A DNA stretch of 64,000 bases from the NCBI GenBank assembly GCA_951406725.2, contig OX597831.1:70494001-70558000 (forward strand), given 5' to 3'. The notes below the pieces were generated by a model. It saw nothing but the letters and a program-made list of their open reading frames with translations. It was not told the DNA's origin and did not search any database. The stretch is from Octopus vulgaris. Taxonomy: Eukaryota. Of the stretch, positions 13,551 to 26,180 are shown one piece after another (the first letter of the stretch is position 1; every line of letters begins with the position of its first letter). The position numbers were made by a program, and so were the translations under genes.

Positions 13551-15051
13551 CAATTAAGGAACATATAAGATGGAAGACATTGCAATTTGAAGTTGTGCAT
13601 TGCATAATTTGATTTTTTTAGTAACGAATGAAAAGATGTGGAAAAATTCATATGTCAATTTGTATACCGTTATTATGAGAAGCAGTAAACTGTGAATGAG
13701 TTGGCTATGCTCTGTCTTGATAAGCATAATGCATTCAGTTAGCAGATATATAGTGGAGTGGATTACTGGCATAATAGAAGTTATTGTTTGTTCAGAATTA
13801 AAGAGGCAGGGTGTGAAATTTGCATGAATGATTTATGTTCTTAAGAAGGATCACAAACTATGTACAGTTTCATGGAATAAAAAGAGGTTAATATGATTTT
13901 GCCTGGAAATAATATCTTCAAAATTATAATTCCTTGCTCCCCGCAGAAAATTCCTAACTTTTAACTGTTTTTTGAATTTTGTTTTTATGCACGTGGTAAA
14001 ATATAGAGATTACAAATATGGGAAATATAATTTGTTTTTTGAAAATTTAATTTTTCTGAAAGAAATTTTGAATGCCCCTTCTCCCACCTTGGTGACCCTT
14101 CAGCTACCTGCTTTGGGGTGAAATGCAAATCTCCTGTATGGAAAACATAGGAATGTGAGCAAATTGAGGAAAAAAATAAATTGTGGTGGGGTAAGCAAAT
14201 GTCATCTCAGACATGCTAGAAACAACAGGTAAAGGACAAGATTTCTGAGATAACTTTCTTGTAAGTTTAAATGGAAGATCAGATTTTGAAATACACTCAT
14301 CACAAACAAGAATGACTGAACTGGGAAAGGTAATTGCCATAGGATTTGAGCTGTAATTTAGCACACAGCAAAAAATAACATAATTCATACAGAACTCTGT
14401 GTGTGTGTGTGTGTGTGTGCGCCAAATGAAGTTATTTTTGCATACCTTTCTAATTCCAAAAGAAAGAAATGTAGTGAAGTTGTAATATGTTAATAGCATA
14501 AGGTCTCCGTACATTACAATGAGAAATGGAAACAGAAAGAGAATGCCTAATTCTACACACGCATGAAACATGGGACGAAAGTGAAAATGACCTTAAAATT
14601 GTATGACATGCCCTCATTTCCGAGGTTCTTGGTGTCCCCTTCTCTCCCATTTTGCCCCTCTGTGCTGGCTTTCTTTCACCTTCACCCATAGAACATACAG
14701 AGTTAATTTTGTGCTGGCTGCCTTTCACTTTCAACTATAGAACATACATAGGGTATGAAACATCAGCATCCGTCTCTCACCCACTACCCGTCTTTCAAAT
14801 TCTATAGAAACTTGTTTCCTATACTCTTTTACTCTTTTACTTGTTTCAGCCATCCGGCTGAGGCCCTCTTGTCTCTCTGTCTTTTTCTCATTCCATGTTT
14901 TAGTTAGTAGAAATTAATTCCTTTATGCTTTAAAGAGAGAAGAAATTGAAAGAAAAGAGAAAGCGAAAAGGGAAGAGAGCAGAAAGTGAAGGAAATGAGA
15001 AAATGAAAGATGTATGTATGGGTATATGAAATGGATGTGTGTGTATGTGTG

Positions 15052-15100
<49 letters not shown>

Positions 15101-16054
15101 TAGTAAGTGAGTGAAAGTGTGTCATGAAGATGAATGTCTTTAAAGGTACACACTCGTATAGAAAATGTAACGTCATCATCGTTGCCGTCATCGTATAAAA
15201 TGTTTACGATAGTTGACTTATGGAAAAGATTATAATTTTAAATTTTTGTAATGCAAATATGTCAATGAAAATAAAGTTTAGTTAGTAGTGGAAATAGTAC
15301 AGAATCGTTTGATACTCCATACGTCAAAATCAGCAACTTGGTTTTGGAATGCATAAGGAACATTTGCGCACACACACACACATATACAAACTCTCTTTTA
15401 TAGATATAGATAAGAAGCAGCTGACGGTGGATGTGTATATGTGTATGTTTGATATATTTGTCATCAGGGAAACTTTTATATCTTGTGACCCCTTTATTTT
15501 AAGTTGTCCCCCATTCTAATATGGCTGAACTTCTTAAAGGTTCTTGTTTTTTTTTATTTATAATGGCTTTTTTGTTATATCATGCGATACATTGACACTG
15601 CATGATTGTCTTTTAGTGAGATTCTAATTATTGCAAGGGTTGATTCTCAGTTAAGGGTTTCTAGTTTAAGGAGGTTTTGTTGCATACATACTAAAAACAT
15701 GATTCTTATTAATGTTTGTTTCTGGTGGTTTAAATAGGAATATTCAAAGGTATGTTGAAAATTAAAATATATTCCATAATAAAAGTGGAAATAATACTCA
15801 AGCAGCACCTAGTAAACAAAATGATGACAGAAAGCCAATAAGAGAAATTTCTTAGAAAAAGGTTGGAAATCCTGTCAAATGATATTTTGAAGATAAGACA
15901 ATTCTAGTTAAGCAAAAATAATAAGGTAAGAAAACCACAGGCTGAGTATTCCAACAATTATATTTTATTCAGAGAAACAAAAGATTATCGCTATTAAATT
16001 CCAGCAAATTTTCTTTGACCACAGTTTCCAAACAAATGGACACTTATCTTTCAA

Positions 16055-16261
16055 CTTTTATTTGTTTCAGTCATCACACTGTGGCCATGCTGGGGCACCA
16101 CTTTGAAGAATCTTTTAGCCAAATGTATTAACCCCACTACTGATTTTTTGGCCCTGGTACTTATTCTATCAGATTGTTTTAATAAAAAACTAAGTTATGG
16201 GGATGTAAACACACCAACACGGTATGTTGTCAAGTGGTGGTGGGGGACAAACATATATACA

Positions 16262-16335
<74 letters not shown>

Positions 16336-16443
16336 GCAGGCTTCTTTCCGTTTCTGCTTACCAAATCCACTTACAAGGCTTTGATCAGCCCAAGGATATT
16401 GTAGAAGACACTTGGAAGCAAAACTCTTACCACACAGCACCTA
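16055..16443 (-). mobile_element. SINE family A, diverged, with internal (CA)n
   Basis: TTGTTTCAGTCA..GGCCATGCTGG..CCAAATCCACT..CTTACCACACAGC. Confidence 0.85.
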
Positions 16444-17322
16444 TCCAAGTTTCATAAATAAGTTCTAACCACAAAGATTAGTACAGGACTTTAACTATAA
16501 AAGTTTGAAAAATATATTCAGTAAGAGAAAGGTATGTGTACAAAATTCATCAAATGTTCAATGATTTACACAAACAGAAACTATATTCGTTACATGTATA
16601 TCAAGTTTGGTAAAAGTCATGCCAAAAATACTTCTGCTAGAAATAGTAGTAAAAAATGAAATATTCTCTTAAGAACTGTGTCCAATAAAATAATTGAATT
16701 TTTCTTTCTGGATTTTGTTCATGCATTGTATTTTTGTAAATGTATGTATATCTGTGGGCTTGTGGAGTGTGCATGTTTGTGTGTTAAAGTATGTTGCTGA
16801 ATGATAATTTGCCCAAGTTAGCTTTTGTTTTATTTCTCATCATACACAACTGCACATGTGTGCATGTGTGTGTTTTGTGTGCATGTGTCTGTGTGTGTAC
16901 ATATATGTATGTAGTACACCTCAAATAAACATAACATATAATACAAGGAACAAAACAGAAAAATACGGGAATGTCCACCAAAGATATTTTGTTTGCTACC
17001 ACAGTCAATACTTTCATATTTTGTTGGAAAATAAAAGATCAAAGTCCTTGAAAAAATCACAGAAAAAATTTACAACTCGCTATTGCTTCCTTTTGTTAGA
17101 AGGAACTTTTAGCCAAGCAAATTGCTGGAGTTGAAATTCAAACTAAATAGGAATTGAGAAAAAATGTTTGGGAGTAGTCTCCATGGACGTATGATAGGTG
17201 TGTCATTTTGACCAGTTAAATCTAACAGCATAATACTTGTAGATTTCTTTCAAAAGGTTTTAGGGTAAGTATAGCAGATGAGCTTGTACTAAATTGCTGT
17301 TCTGACACAAGTGTAAATTCAA

Positions 17323-17795
17323 TACTCTTTTTACTCTTTCACTTGTTTCAGTCATTTGACTGCGGCCATGCTGGAGCACCGCCTTTAATTGAGCAACTCG
17401 ACCCCGGGACTTATTCTTTTGTAAGCCCAGTACTTATTCTATCAGTCTCTTTTGCCAAACTGCTAGGTAACAGGGACATAAACACACCAGCATCGGTTGA
17501 TTTGGTTTGAGAAAGAAGTGTTAGTTCATGCAATCCCTGGATTATCTTCTGTTAGTCAGAGAACTTTGAGTTCACTTGGTGGAAGCTTATAAACCCAGAC
17601 ACACAAACACACACACGCATATATATACATACGATGTGCTTCTTTCAGTTTCCGTCTATCAAATCCACTCACAAGGCTTTGGTCGGCCCGAGGCTATAGT
17701 AGAAGACACTTGCCCAAGGTGCCACGCAGTGGAACTGAACCCGGAACCATGTGGTTGGTAAACAAGCTACTTACCACACAGCCACTCCTGTGCCT
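17323..17795 (-). mobile_element. SINE family A carrying a 95-bp templated insertion
   Basis: Near-consensus copy; 17498-17592 is foreign to the family and duplicates 17863-17957. Confidence 0.9.
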
Positions 17796-18224
17796 CAATG
17801 TTTATGAAAATGAAGCAACAAAGATGAGCTGCAAAGACATTTTTATAAGGATACTGGGGACGTGATTTGGTTTGAGAAAGAAGTGTTAGTTCATGGAATC
17901 CCTGGATTATCTTCTGTTAGTCTGGGAACTTTGAGTTCACTTGGTGGAAGCTTATAAGGCTATGTCCATGTCTAGGTCACACTAGTTTGCACATGTTTGC
18001 TTATTGACTGCAACTGGTTGTTGGATAGAAAAGTAAAACTAACAAAATGGTTATTATCTGAACAAAATGAACATTTTGGCAGCAAAACAGGAAAATTAGT
18101 GACAAGGCTACTTTTAGTTGACAAAACACTATGATCACTTGGTCTCTACTATATTCTTCTAAGGAGAAATATATATGAGCTGGGGCAAAGTGACTTCATT
18201 GCGAGCAAACAGCATCTGACTCTA

Positions 18225-18298
<74 letters not shown>

Positions 18299-18329
18299 GA
18301 ATGTATATGTATGTTTGTATGTATCGTTT

Positions 18330-18580
18330 GTAGAACCATAAATCCGAAGAAACACACTCTAAGATGTAGAGCAGTATATATTAAAAATGAGGAAGGCTGG
18401 TTTATGGGATTGCCCTGGATTTCCCATTCATAAAGGGTTTAGCTTTCTGGCATATCATCACACTCCAAAACCTGTTGGCCAACAGGTTTTCAAGGCTGAT
18501 GATATTCCATAAAGCTAAAGCGTTTATGGATGGGAAACCCAGGGAAAATCCCATAAACTGGCCTTCTCCATTTTTAATAT
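18330..18580. mobile_element. Fold-back element with a degenerate hammerhead motif
   Basis: Imperfect ~200-bp palindrome 18377-18580 centred on perfect AAAACCTGTTGGCCAACAGGTTTT (18467-18490); CTGATGA at 18496 and GAAAC at 18534. Confidence 0.75.
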
Positions 18581-18891
18581 GTGTGTGTGTGTAGAAGGTT
18601 TAAAAGTAACACATGAGTTGATATGTTTAAGGAAAATAAGACAATGTAGAAAATGCTAAAATAATTTTATCATGAAATACATTTTGTAATGGTTTGTGCT
18701 GGTTTTGTCTTTTCGTCTTTTTAACTAAGAGTAAAACAAAGGTGGATATTAATTAAGAAGAAAAGCAATTAAACTGAAGAAAAATTAAATGAAATGTTTT
18801 GTAAATATTTCCATAGTCTTCAAATACGTAGGGCAAATATGTAGGACTTTTAGGTCTCTTGACCATTAAAGCAGATTCCAGAGACCCTCCT

Positions 18892-19160
18892 GTCTTCTTC
18901 TTCTTCTTCTTCTTTTTTTCATTTTCTTCTTCTTATTCTTCTTCTTCTTCTTCTTCTTCTTCTTCTTCTTCTTCTTCTTCTTCTTCTTCTCCTCCTTCTT
19001 CTGCTTCCTCCTCTTCCTCCTTCTTCTTTTTCTTCTTCTTTTTCTTCTTCTTCTTCTCCTTCATCTTCTTCCTCTCCTCCTCCTTCTTCTTCTTCTTCTT
19101 CTTCTTCTTCTTCTTCTTCTTCTTCTTCTTCTTCTTCTTCTTCTTCTTCTTTCTCCTTTC
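18892..19160. repeat. (TTC)n/(TCC)n polypyrimidine tract
   Basis: Seen directly. Confidence 0.95.
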
Positions 19161-19734
19161 TCGGCTGCTGCTCCTGCTTAAACCATCAAACTTCAGAACC
19201 AAATATTTCTCAATATTTATTCTCACCAATTTTGGAATTGTTCACCATTTCTGAGAGGGTCTTAAACCTAATTTTTTTTGCAAACTGTTCATATGGGTTA
19301 ATGTTTTTATGTAACTAGATTACCAAGCAGTCAAAGAGTTGATTTAGAACTTCTATTTGAAATTAGCCTGTTCCGTCTAAAAATTTCTTTGTGACAATGC
19401 ATTTGGAAGATCAGAATAACATGAGATGCTATCATCATACAAATATTTTGTGTCTTTTTCATAGTGCGCTGTGCTGTTGCCTCAATTTTCTTATTGTCCA
19501 TTAATAAGCAAAAATAAGACAGTATCTGAAGATAACCTTTAAATATGTCAAAACCTCTTACTTGAAATTCTTTTTTTTGTTTCCCAAATGGTTGCAAATA
19601 TTGTACATTCCAGCTTTACCAGTTTGTCATATAAATTCTTTGCAATATTCAAGTTTCTCATCTGAATCTTCAAATATATGATTGATGGTATTCATTTTCA
19701 ATTTACCTGGCTGTTTCATAGTGTGTTTCAGTAT

Positions 19735-20005
19735 CTTCTTCTTCTTCTTCTTCTTCTTCTTCTTCTTCTTCTTCTTCTTCTTCTTCTTCTGCTTCCTCCT
19801 CCTTCTTCTTTTTCTTCTTCTTTTTCTTCTCCTTCTTCTCCTTCATCTTCTTCCTCTCTTCCTCCTCCTTCTTCTTCTTCTTCTTCTTCTTCTTCTTCTT
19901 CTTCTTCTTCTTCTTCTTTCTTCTTCTTCCTCTCCTCCCCCTCCTCCTTCTTCTTCTTGTTTTCTTCCTTTTCTTCTTCTTCTTCTTCTTCTTTTTCTTC
20001 TTCTC
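19735..20005. repeat. (TTC)n/(TCC)n polypyrimidine tract
   Basis: Seen directly. Confidence 0.95.
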
Positions 20006-20477
20006 TTTGTTACACTTAAGCTATTCAAAGCGAAATCTAAATTGCCCTATGTGTTTAAAATTCTTCATCTTCATTGATATCTAGAAAAGAAAACCTACAG
20101 CACTTGCAAAATGCCAAAATATTCAATAACTTCGGTGTCTAATAGGCATTGCCTTTCTCCAACAAGGTTTCAGTGTATGAGCTACACATTGCACATGATC
20201 TACTAACATGTTAATGGCTTTAAAGCGTGCTTGTATTACTTTCTCTAAGCCCTTCATGTCATGCATTTTCATAGGACTGACCATGGATTTTTTTTATGTG
20301 AAAGCTTATCTTCCCTCAGCACCTTTATTTTGTGGGTCAAGGTCCTGTATGAATGGTTTTCTATCAGTAAAAGCATTAAAAATCTCTCATGGGATTTTTG
20401 CATCAGTCCTCTCCCCACCCACTCCCATGTTCATTTGCACATTTTTTTTCTTATTCATTTGCTTAATGAGTTCAATA

Positions 20478-20680
20478 AAGGCAACTGGTTTCAAATTTTG
20501 GCACAAAGCCACCGACTTCAGGGGAGGGGTAATTCGATTACATCGACCCCCAGTGCACAACTGGTACTTATTTTATTGACTCGAATAGGATGAAAGGCAA
20601 AGTTGACTTTGGCAGATTTTGAACTCCAAACAGATGGATGGACAAAATGCCACAAAGCATTCCACCCAGTGTCTTAATAT
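20478..20680 (-). mobile_element. SINE family B, diverged
   Basis: CGACCCCCAGTG..CTGGTACTTATTTTATTGAC..GGATGAAAGGCAAAGTTGAC. Confidence 0.75.
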
Positions 20681-22615
20681 CATGCTACAATTACCAGCTG
20701 GAAGTTATAGTAATTGTTTAGTATTTGGTGTCTTTGTTGCTAATTCCTCATTCAAAAATTGCCTGAACTCTGCAGTAAGTTCAGTAGCTCCCATAAAGTT
20801 TCCACTGTTCATTATTCATCTCAACACAATATTGCTCTCTTATGTTCCATACTATCTTCATAATTCACTAGAATTTTAAGTATATTCATCCAGTCAAGAA
20901 AACCAATGTGTTATAAATGATCCGGGCATTCAGAAAATGATTAAATAAACAAAACAATATTTACAGTATTCACTCTTTGAGTATGCTAAGATCTGATTAC
21001 CCACTGGCCATTTTGCAATCTGTTTTTTCAAAATATTTGTTTGACAAATGTCTGTTTGCTCCCTGTAAACCCTAACTGCTTTCATATATGCATCAGCTTT
21101 ACTTTTTATTTAGAAAAAACTTTGTCATACATTAGCCAATTCTGTATGAAATAATTATCAACTGTTGAGGGTCAGTTTGAAATCCCTGAATTTGTTTCTT
21201 GAACGATACTCTGTCCTGTCTTAACTTATTCTGTGGTACTTTCATGTTCACTATGACTATTTGTAGTAAAAATGTCAACAGTAGGTTGAAAATAATCCAA
21301 AAAACATCCCAGTTTGTGTGTTATCACTAGTATCATTAGGATTTTTTCTCAGCTGTAGATGTTGACAAACTTAACATTGTAAAATAGTTTGACCTTTCGA
21401 TATTTAGAAATTTCATCTTACTGTTATTTTCCTTTAATTTGTGTTTTTGGTATCTATGTAAGCACTTCCATGAACTCATTGTTATTCCTCTTGTATTAAG
21501 AATAGGTAAAATTTCCTTAATCACAGTAGGACAGGCCTTGATTGTGGTAGGTAGATATGAGTGAAGCACTTGCAAGATACTTTTATTCAAGTTTTCAAGT
21601 CAAGGATCAGGTTGAAATATGATGAAACAGAAATTGTCATTGATGAAATAAAAGCATTAAAGGAAATATTTCTTAAACTATTCCCACAAAGCTAATTATG
21701 TTATAGTTAATGGTTTGTGAAAGTTGTTTAGTGCAAACTGTTTAAATAAAAAATTAAATACAATATTACAGTGTTATTTTAATTTCTTCCATAAGATTTT
21801 TCAATCACCACAAAAAAATTTTGTGTATGCAGTTTAACTCTTGACAATTAATATTCACTGAAAACAATGTAAGTATAAACTTGGAATGGTAGTTTAGTTC
21901 ATTGTCATAAAAATGATTGAGTATTCATGATGATATTAATATTCTAAATTATTCGTTAGGGTATATTCTAACCTCAAAGATTGAAGTTACTCTGTTGCTA
22001 ATTCTAAATGATAACTGAGAAAACTAAGAACTCAAGCTAGTTGTAATTCTCTGGAACACTTAAATAAATTTAAATTTTCGAAATGTTTTATAGTATTCAA
22101 TATCTCTTATTAGCATTGTGAACAGGACTATTGTTAGGTTTTTATACTGGAGAGTAATCTCTTAGATTTTTTAGCTTCATATTAATTCATAACAATTCTG
22201 AGACAGAGTTTCAGAATAAGCAAGCAATCATGATTATTTTAAACAATTTCCTTGATTTAAATACATCAGTATTTTATAATAACAGTCTTCATTATTAACA
22301 ATTGACAGACCTTTTATAGAGGAACAAAATAAAAAGTAAACATTTCAAAATTCGAAACAGGAAAATATTTTAATATGAATTAAATACAGTAAATTTTTAA
22401 CGCAAAGAAAATAAAATTTAAGTTAATCAAAATAGACTTAAAAAAAACAATATATATTCAGTAAATTTTTTGATAGACTTGATCTCAGCTGAAAAACGAT
22501 GTCTGGCAAATTTGTAAAAAATGAAGAATTTCTCATTTTTCATATAAATTGTTAAGTCATTAGTAATATTAATGTTGAAGAATTTGAGCAATGAGTGTGG
22601 TATAATGTATGTATG

Positions 22616-22780
22616 AAGGCGGTGAGCTGGCAGAATCATTACCATACTAACGAAAATACTTAGTGGCATTCTGCCTGTCTCTACATTCTGAGTTCAAATT
22701 CCACCAAGGTGAACTTTGCTTTTCATCCATTCAGGTTCAATAAAATAAGTACTAGTTGATCACTGGGGTTAATGTAATTT
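22616..22780 (+). mobile_element. SINE family B, 3'-truncated
   Basis: AAGGCGGTGAGCTGGCAGAA..GAGTTCAAATTCC.. Confidence 0.8.
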
Positions 22781-24132
22781 CTACTTAGTATAGGGGACAT
22801 TTCCTTTATGAAGACTTACTCCTGTATTTCTCTGAGTGATGGATCCTTCGGGTGCTTGGATAAAATGTGGATGTCAAGTCAGTCCATCATGTCTCCATGT
22901 TGGTAGAGTATGGAGGACTGCTTTTTGTCAACATGTTGCTTCAAGTGTGCTTTTATTCTCTCCACAATACTTCTAGATGTCTCTCCAATGTATATCATGT
23001 TTTTTGTTCTTACAAGCACTCTCTATGAACCTTATGGTGTAGACTACATTTATAGTTCTACACCTGATGCCAGGCTGAATCTTACATACCTCATTACAGT
23101 TCTCATTAGTGCATGTGGTATTTTCGAAGGGCTACATTCTATATAATTGTGATCTTTCTGGCTTTTCAATGATTTTAATGTTGAGTTTGGTTTCCTGCAA
23201 AGCTTCCTAAATCTATGAGCTAGTTCCCTAAAGGGTGTGGTCTCGACAAACATCACTCCTTGATATTTGTCAGCCCTGTACTATCTGTTCACTCTGCTTT
23301 GTCACAAAAACTCTGTATACTATTCCAGTCTTTACCTCTGTATCTAGGGTGGGTACCACTGGTTTCATTACATATAACATTATCAAACTTCTTCCAAGCT
23401 CCCCTGTATACACGAATCCGGAGAATTGCATGTGATGCATGAAGTTCTGTATATGTTTCTTTGTTTCATAGTGTTCACATATAGGGGCACGTTATTCATT
23501 ATCCTAATAAAGTCTGCTATCAGTATGTTAATTTTCGTATTGTGTGACAAAGCTGAGTTCTTGTGAACAATGTATTTAGAAGCTGTGGGTTTCATGTAAT
23601 AGGAGTGGAGGGGCTGCACTCTGTTGTTCCCAGTCTCTAACCAAAGTTCAGTATCAAGGACAGGGAATCTATTGCTAGGGTGCCTAGTGGTGTAACCTAT
23701 AGTTACCTTGATACTTTGGTGGATGGAGTTTGCTACATGCTGGATGCTCTCCATTATGCTCCTCTTGGTTTCTACACTACATTTACTAGGGTTTCTCCTA
23801 ACTAGAATATTGATATCATCTACATACCTACAGTAAGGCAATACAGTTGTGGATTGTTCAGCTAAGGATTGTTTAAGTTTTCTGTTACACCAGGTCATGA
23901 AGAGGTCGACCACATCTCTAGCCTCATTGATACCAATGGCTGCACCCTGAACCTGCATGAATAGTTTCCTTTCAAACTGCACTTTGTGGTTCTTCAAGGT
24001 GGTTCTTATGCCAGCCCCTATAGCATGCACCATCAATCATTGCACCTGATTGTTGTTCTCAGTGTCCTGGTTGAGGATGGTCCAGCCACTCCAGTACTTT
24101 GTAGTGCTTTTCTTCACTGCTGAGGTGATGGC

Positions 24133-24677
24133 CAACAAAAAAATGAAAGTTGGCTTGTGGTCCTTCAGTGTAAAGTAAGTTGCTGGTTTGCCTGTACAAG
24201 CATCACAACTTATTCACTCACCAATACTTAGAAATTTCAAAACATGTTGTCAATTGCTAATCTAACACAAATTTCAGCTGACCTAATCATAAGTTTTCCA
24301 GGTTTCTCCAATCTGTCACTGATGTTAGGTGGCACTACTTGCTGATACTTATATGGTCAACAGTACTTACAAGGTAGACTATTTGTTTTTGTTTGTTTTG
24401 TTCTATTTATTATTATAACCTGTTTGCTTTTAGCTTCAGCCATGGTTCCAATGAATAAAGAAAATACTATTCCTGCTAAATACAAACACCAGATATTGTT
24501 CAAGACAAAATTGAACTTTTGAAAAAAAAAAACCCACTCAAAAACTCGACTAATGCATCTGTAAAAAGTCTACGAGAATTATACAGCACTGGATCTTTCA
24601 CGATTTATGAGAAAAAGAAATATGAAACCTGACCTCAGAAAAAGGAAGACATCTCAAGAAGTACAACAGATCATAAA
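24133..24677. other. 545-bp insertion of unknown origin inside the Penelope RT, flanked by a 19-bp direct repeat
   Basis: TCACTGCTGAGGTGATGGC at 24114-24132 and 24678-24696; RT homology resumes on both sides. Confidence 0.8.
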
Positions 24678-25639
24678 TCACTGCTGAGGTGATGGCGGGT
24701 GAACTTCCCCTCTGTGACCTGGTGGAGCAGAAACTACTTAAATCATAGTTGCCTAGGTAGTTACAATCAGAGCAGAGTTTTAGAAGGAGGCCCAGTTACA
24801 GAACTCTACTTCACTCTCACAGATAGTCTCAATGCATTTTTCCACAGCGAAATCTATGTCTATAGATGGTTTGAGGGAAACCACATACATACTACCCATT
24901 ACACAACCTGCAAGGTTGTTGGAGTGGTAGCAACTACTGAATTCTACCGAGGAGGTCCTCCATGCTCACACATATATTCAGGGACATTTCAGTGAGTAGT
25001 CATAACACCTGTGAAAGGAAGTAGAATAGCTTATAATTACTGGAAATATTTGCTCTGCAAACTGGCTGGGCTGGGGGCCCCATAATAGGGTCTACAAAGG
25101 TTTATTGTCCTTTTATAGCCTGTACATCATAGCAACATCGTTGATGTATGCTTGAAAATTTTGTGCAATCTGTTTTCTGGGCCGGAGTATGTTGCACCTC
25201 ATTCCTATATGTGCATTTAGAAGTTTTTCTACTTTTCATGTTCCAGTGGTGCAACTTCTCTCATGCTACTGATGTGCTGTCGCATGGTCTGGACATAGTT
25301 CTGTGGGCCATCTATCGACAGATTTGTCCATAGGGAAGCACACTAATTCCCTGTTCCTAATTTGCTGTTTCGGTTTTTGTAGGTCTTTGGTGACTGTTGA
25401 ACTGAGTTAGTGGCTCTCCTCCTCATTATATTTTTTAGTGGGTTTATTATATTGGTCTAAGATATGTCAGAGTTTATTTCTAGTTAAAGAAATCTTTGCC
25501 TCTGTCTCACTGTCTGTCTGTGGTGGAATACACACCCTTTTGTTGAAGGGTAAGTGTGCAGGGTAGATCCTCGTCATGTCGTACGGTTTATCATAGGAGT
25601 TATAGAAGACAGAGTCAATGGTGCAACCGGTGTTACTAT

Positions 25640-25803
25640 AACTGTTGTTGTTGTTGTTGTGGGTGTTGATGGTGTTGAAAGTGGTGGTGGTACTGGTGGT
25701 GGTGTGGGTGATGTTGTAGCTGGTATTGTTGTTTGTGTGTAGGGCGTTGTGGTTATCATTGTTGTTATTGTAACTATTGCTGTTGTCATTAGCATAGTTA
25801 TTG

Positions 25804-25835
<32 letters not shown>

Positions 25836-26180
25836 GGTGGTGGTGGTGGTGGTGGTGGTGGTGGTGGTGGTGGTGGTGGTGGTGGTGGTGGTGGTGGTGG
25901 TAGTGGTGGTATTTGTGGTGGTGGTGGTAGTGGTGGTGGTGGTGGTGGTTGTGGTGGTGGTGATGGTGATGGTGGTGGTGGTGGTGGTTGTGGTGGTAGT
26001 GATGGTGATGGTGGTGGTGGTGGTGGTGGTTGTGGTGGTGGTGATGGTGATGGTGGTGGTGGTGGTAGTAGTGATGGTGGTGGTGGTGGTGGTAGTGATG
26101 GTGGTGGTGGTGGTGGTGGTGATGTTGTAGCTGGTATTGTTGTTTGTGGTGGTGGTGGTGGTGGTGGTGGTGATGGTAGT
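25640..26180. repeat. (GGT)n/(GTT)n expanded microsatellite within the Penelope-like element
   Basis: Seen directly; explains the poly-P, poly-G and poly-V ORFs. Confidence 0.95.

Larger units (their letters stand above)
19170..21600 (-). mobile_element. hAT-type (TTF zinc-finger) transposase remnant, highly decayed and interrupted
   Basis: Minus-strand patches RLQNGQWVIRS..AYSKS, GFLDWMNILKILVNYEDSMEH (TTF zinc-finger-like) near 20850-21030, and AKNLYDKLVKLECTIFATIWE near 19580-19645; boundaries uncertain. Confidence 0.55.
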
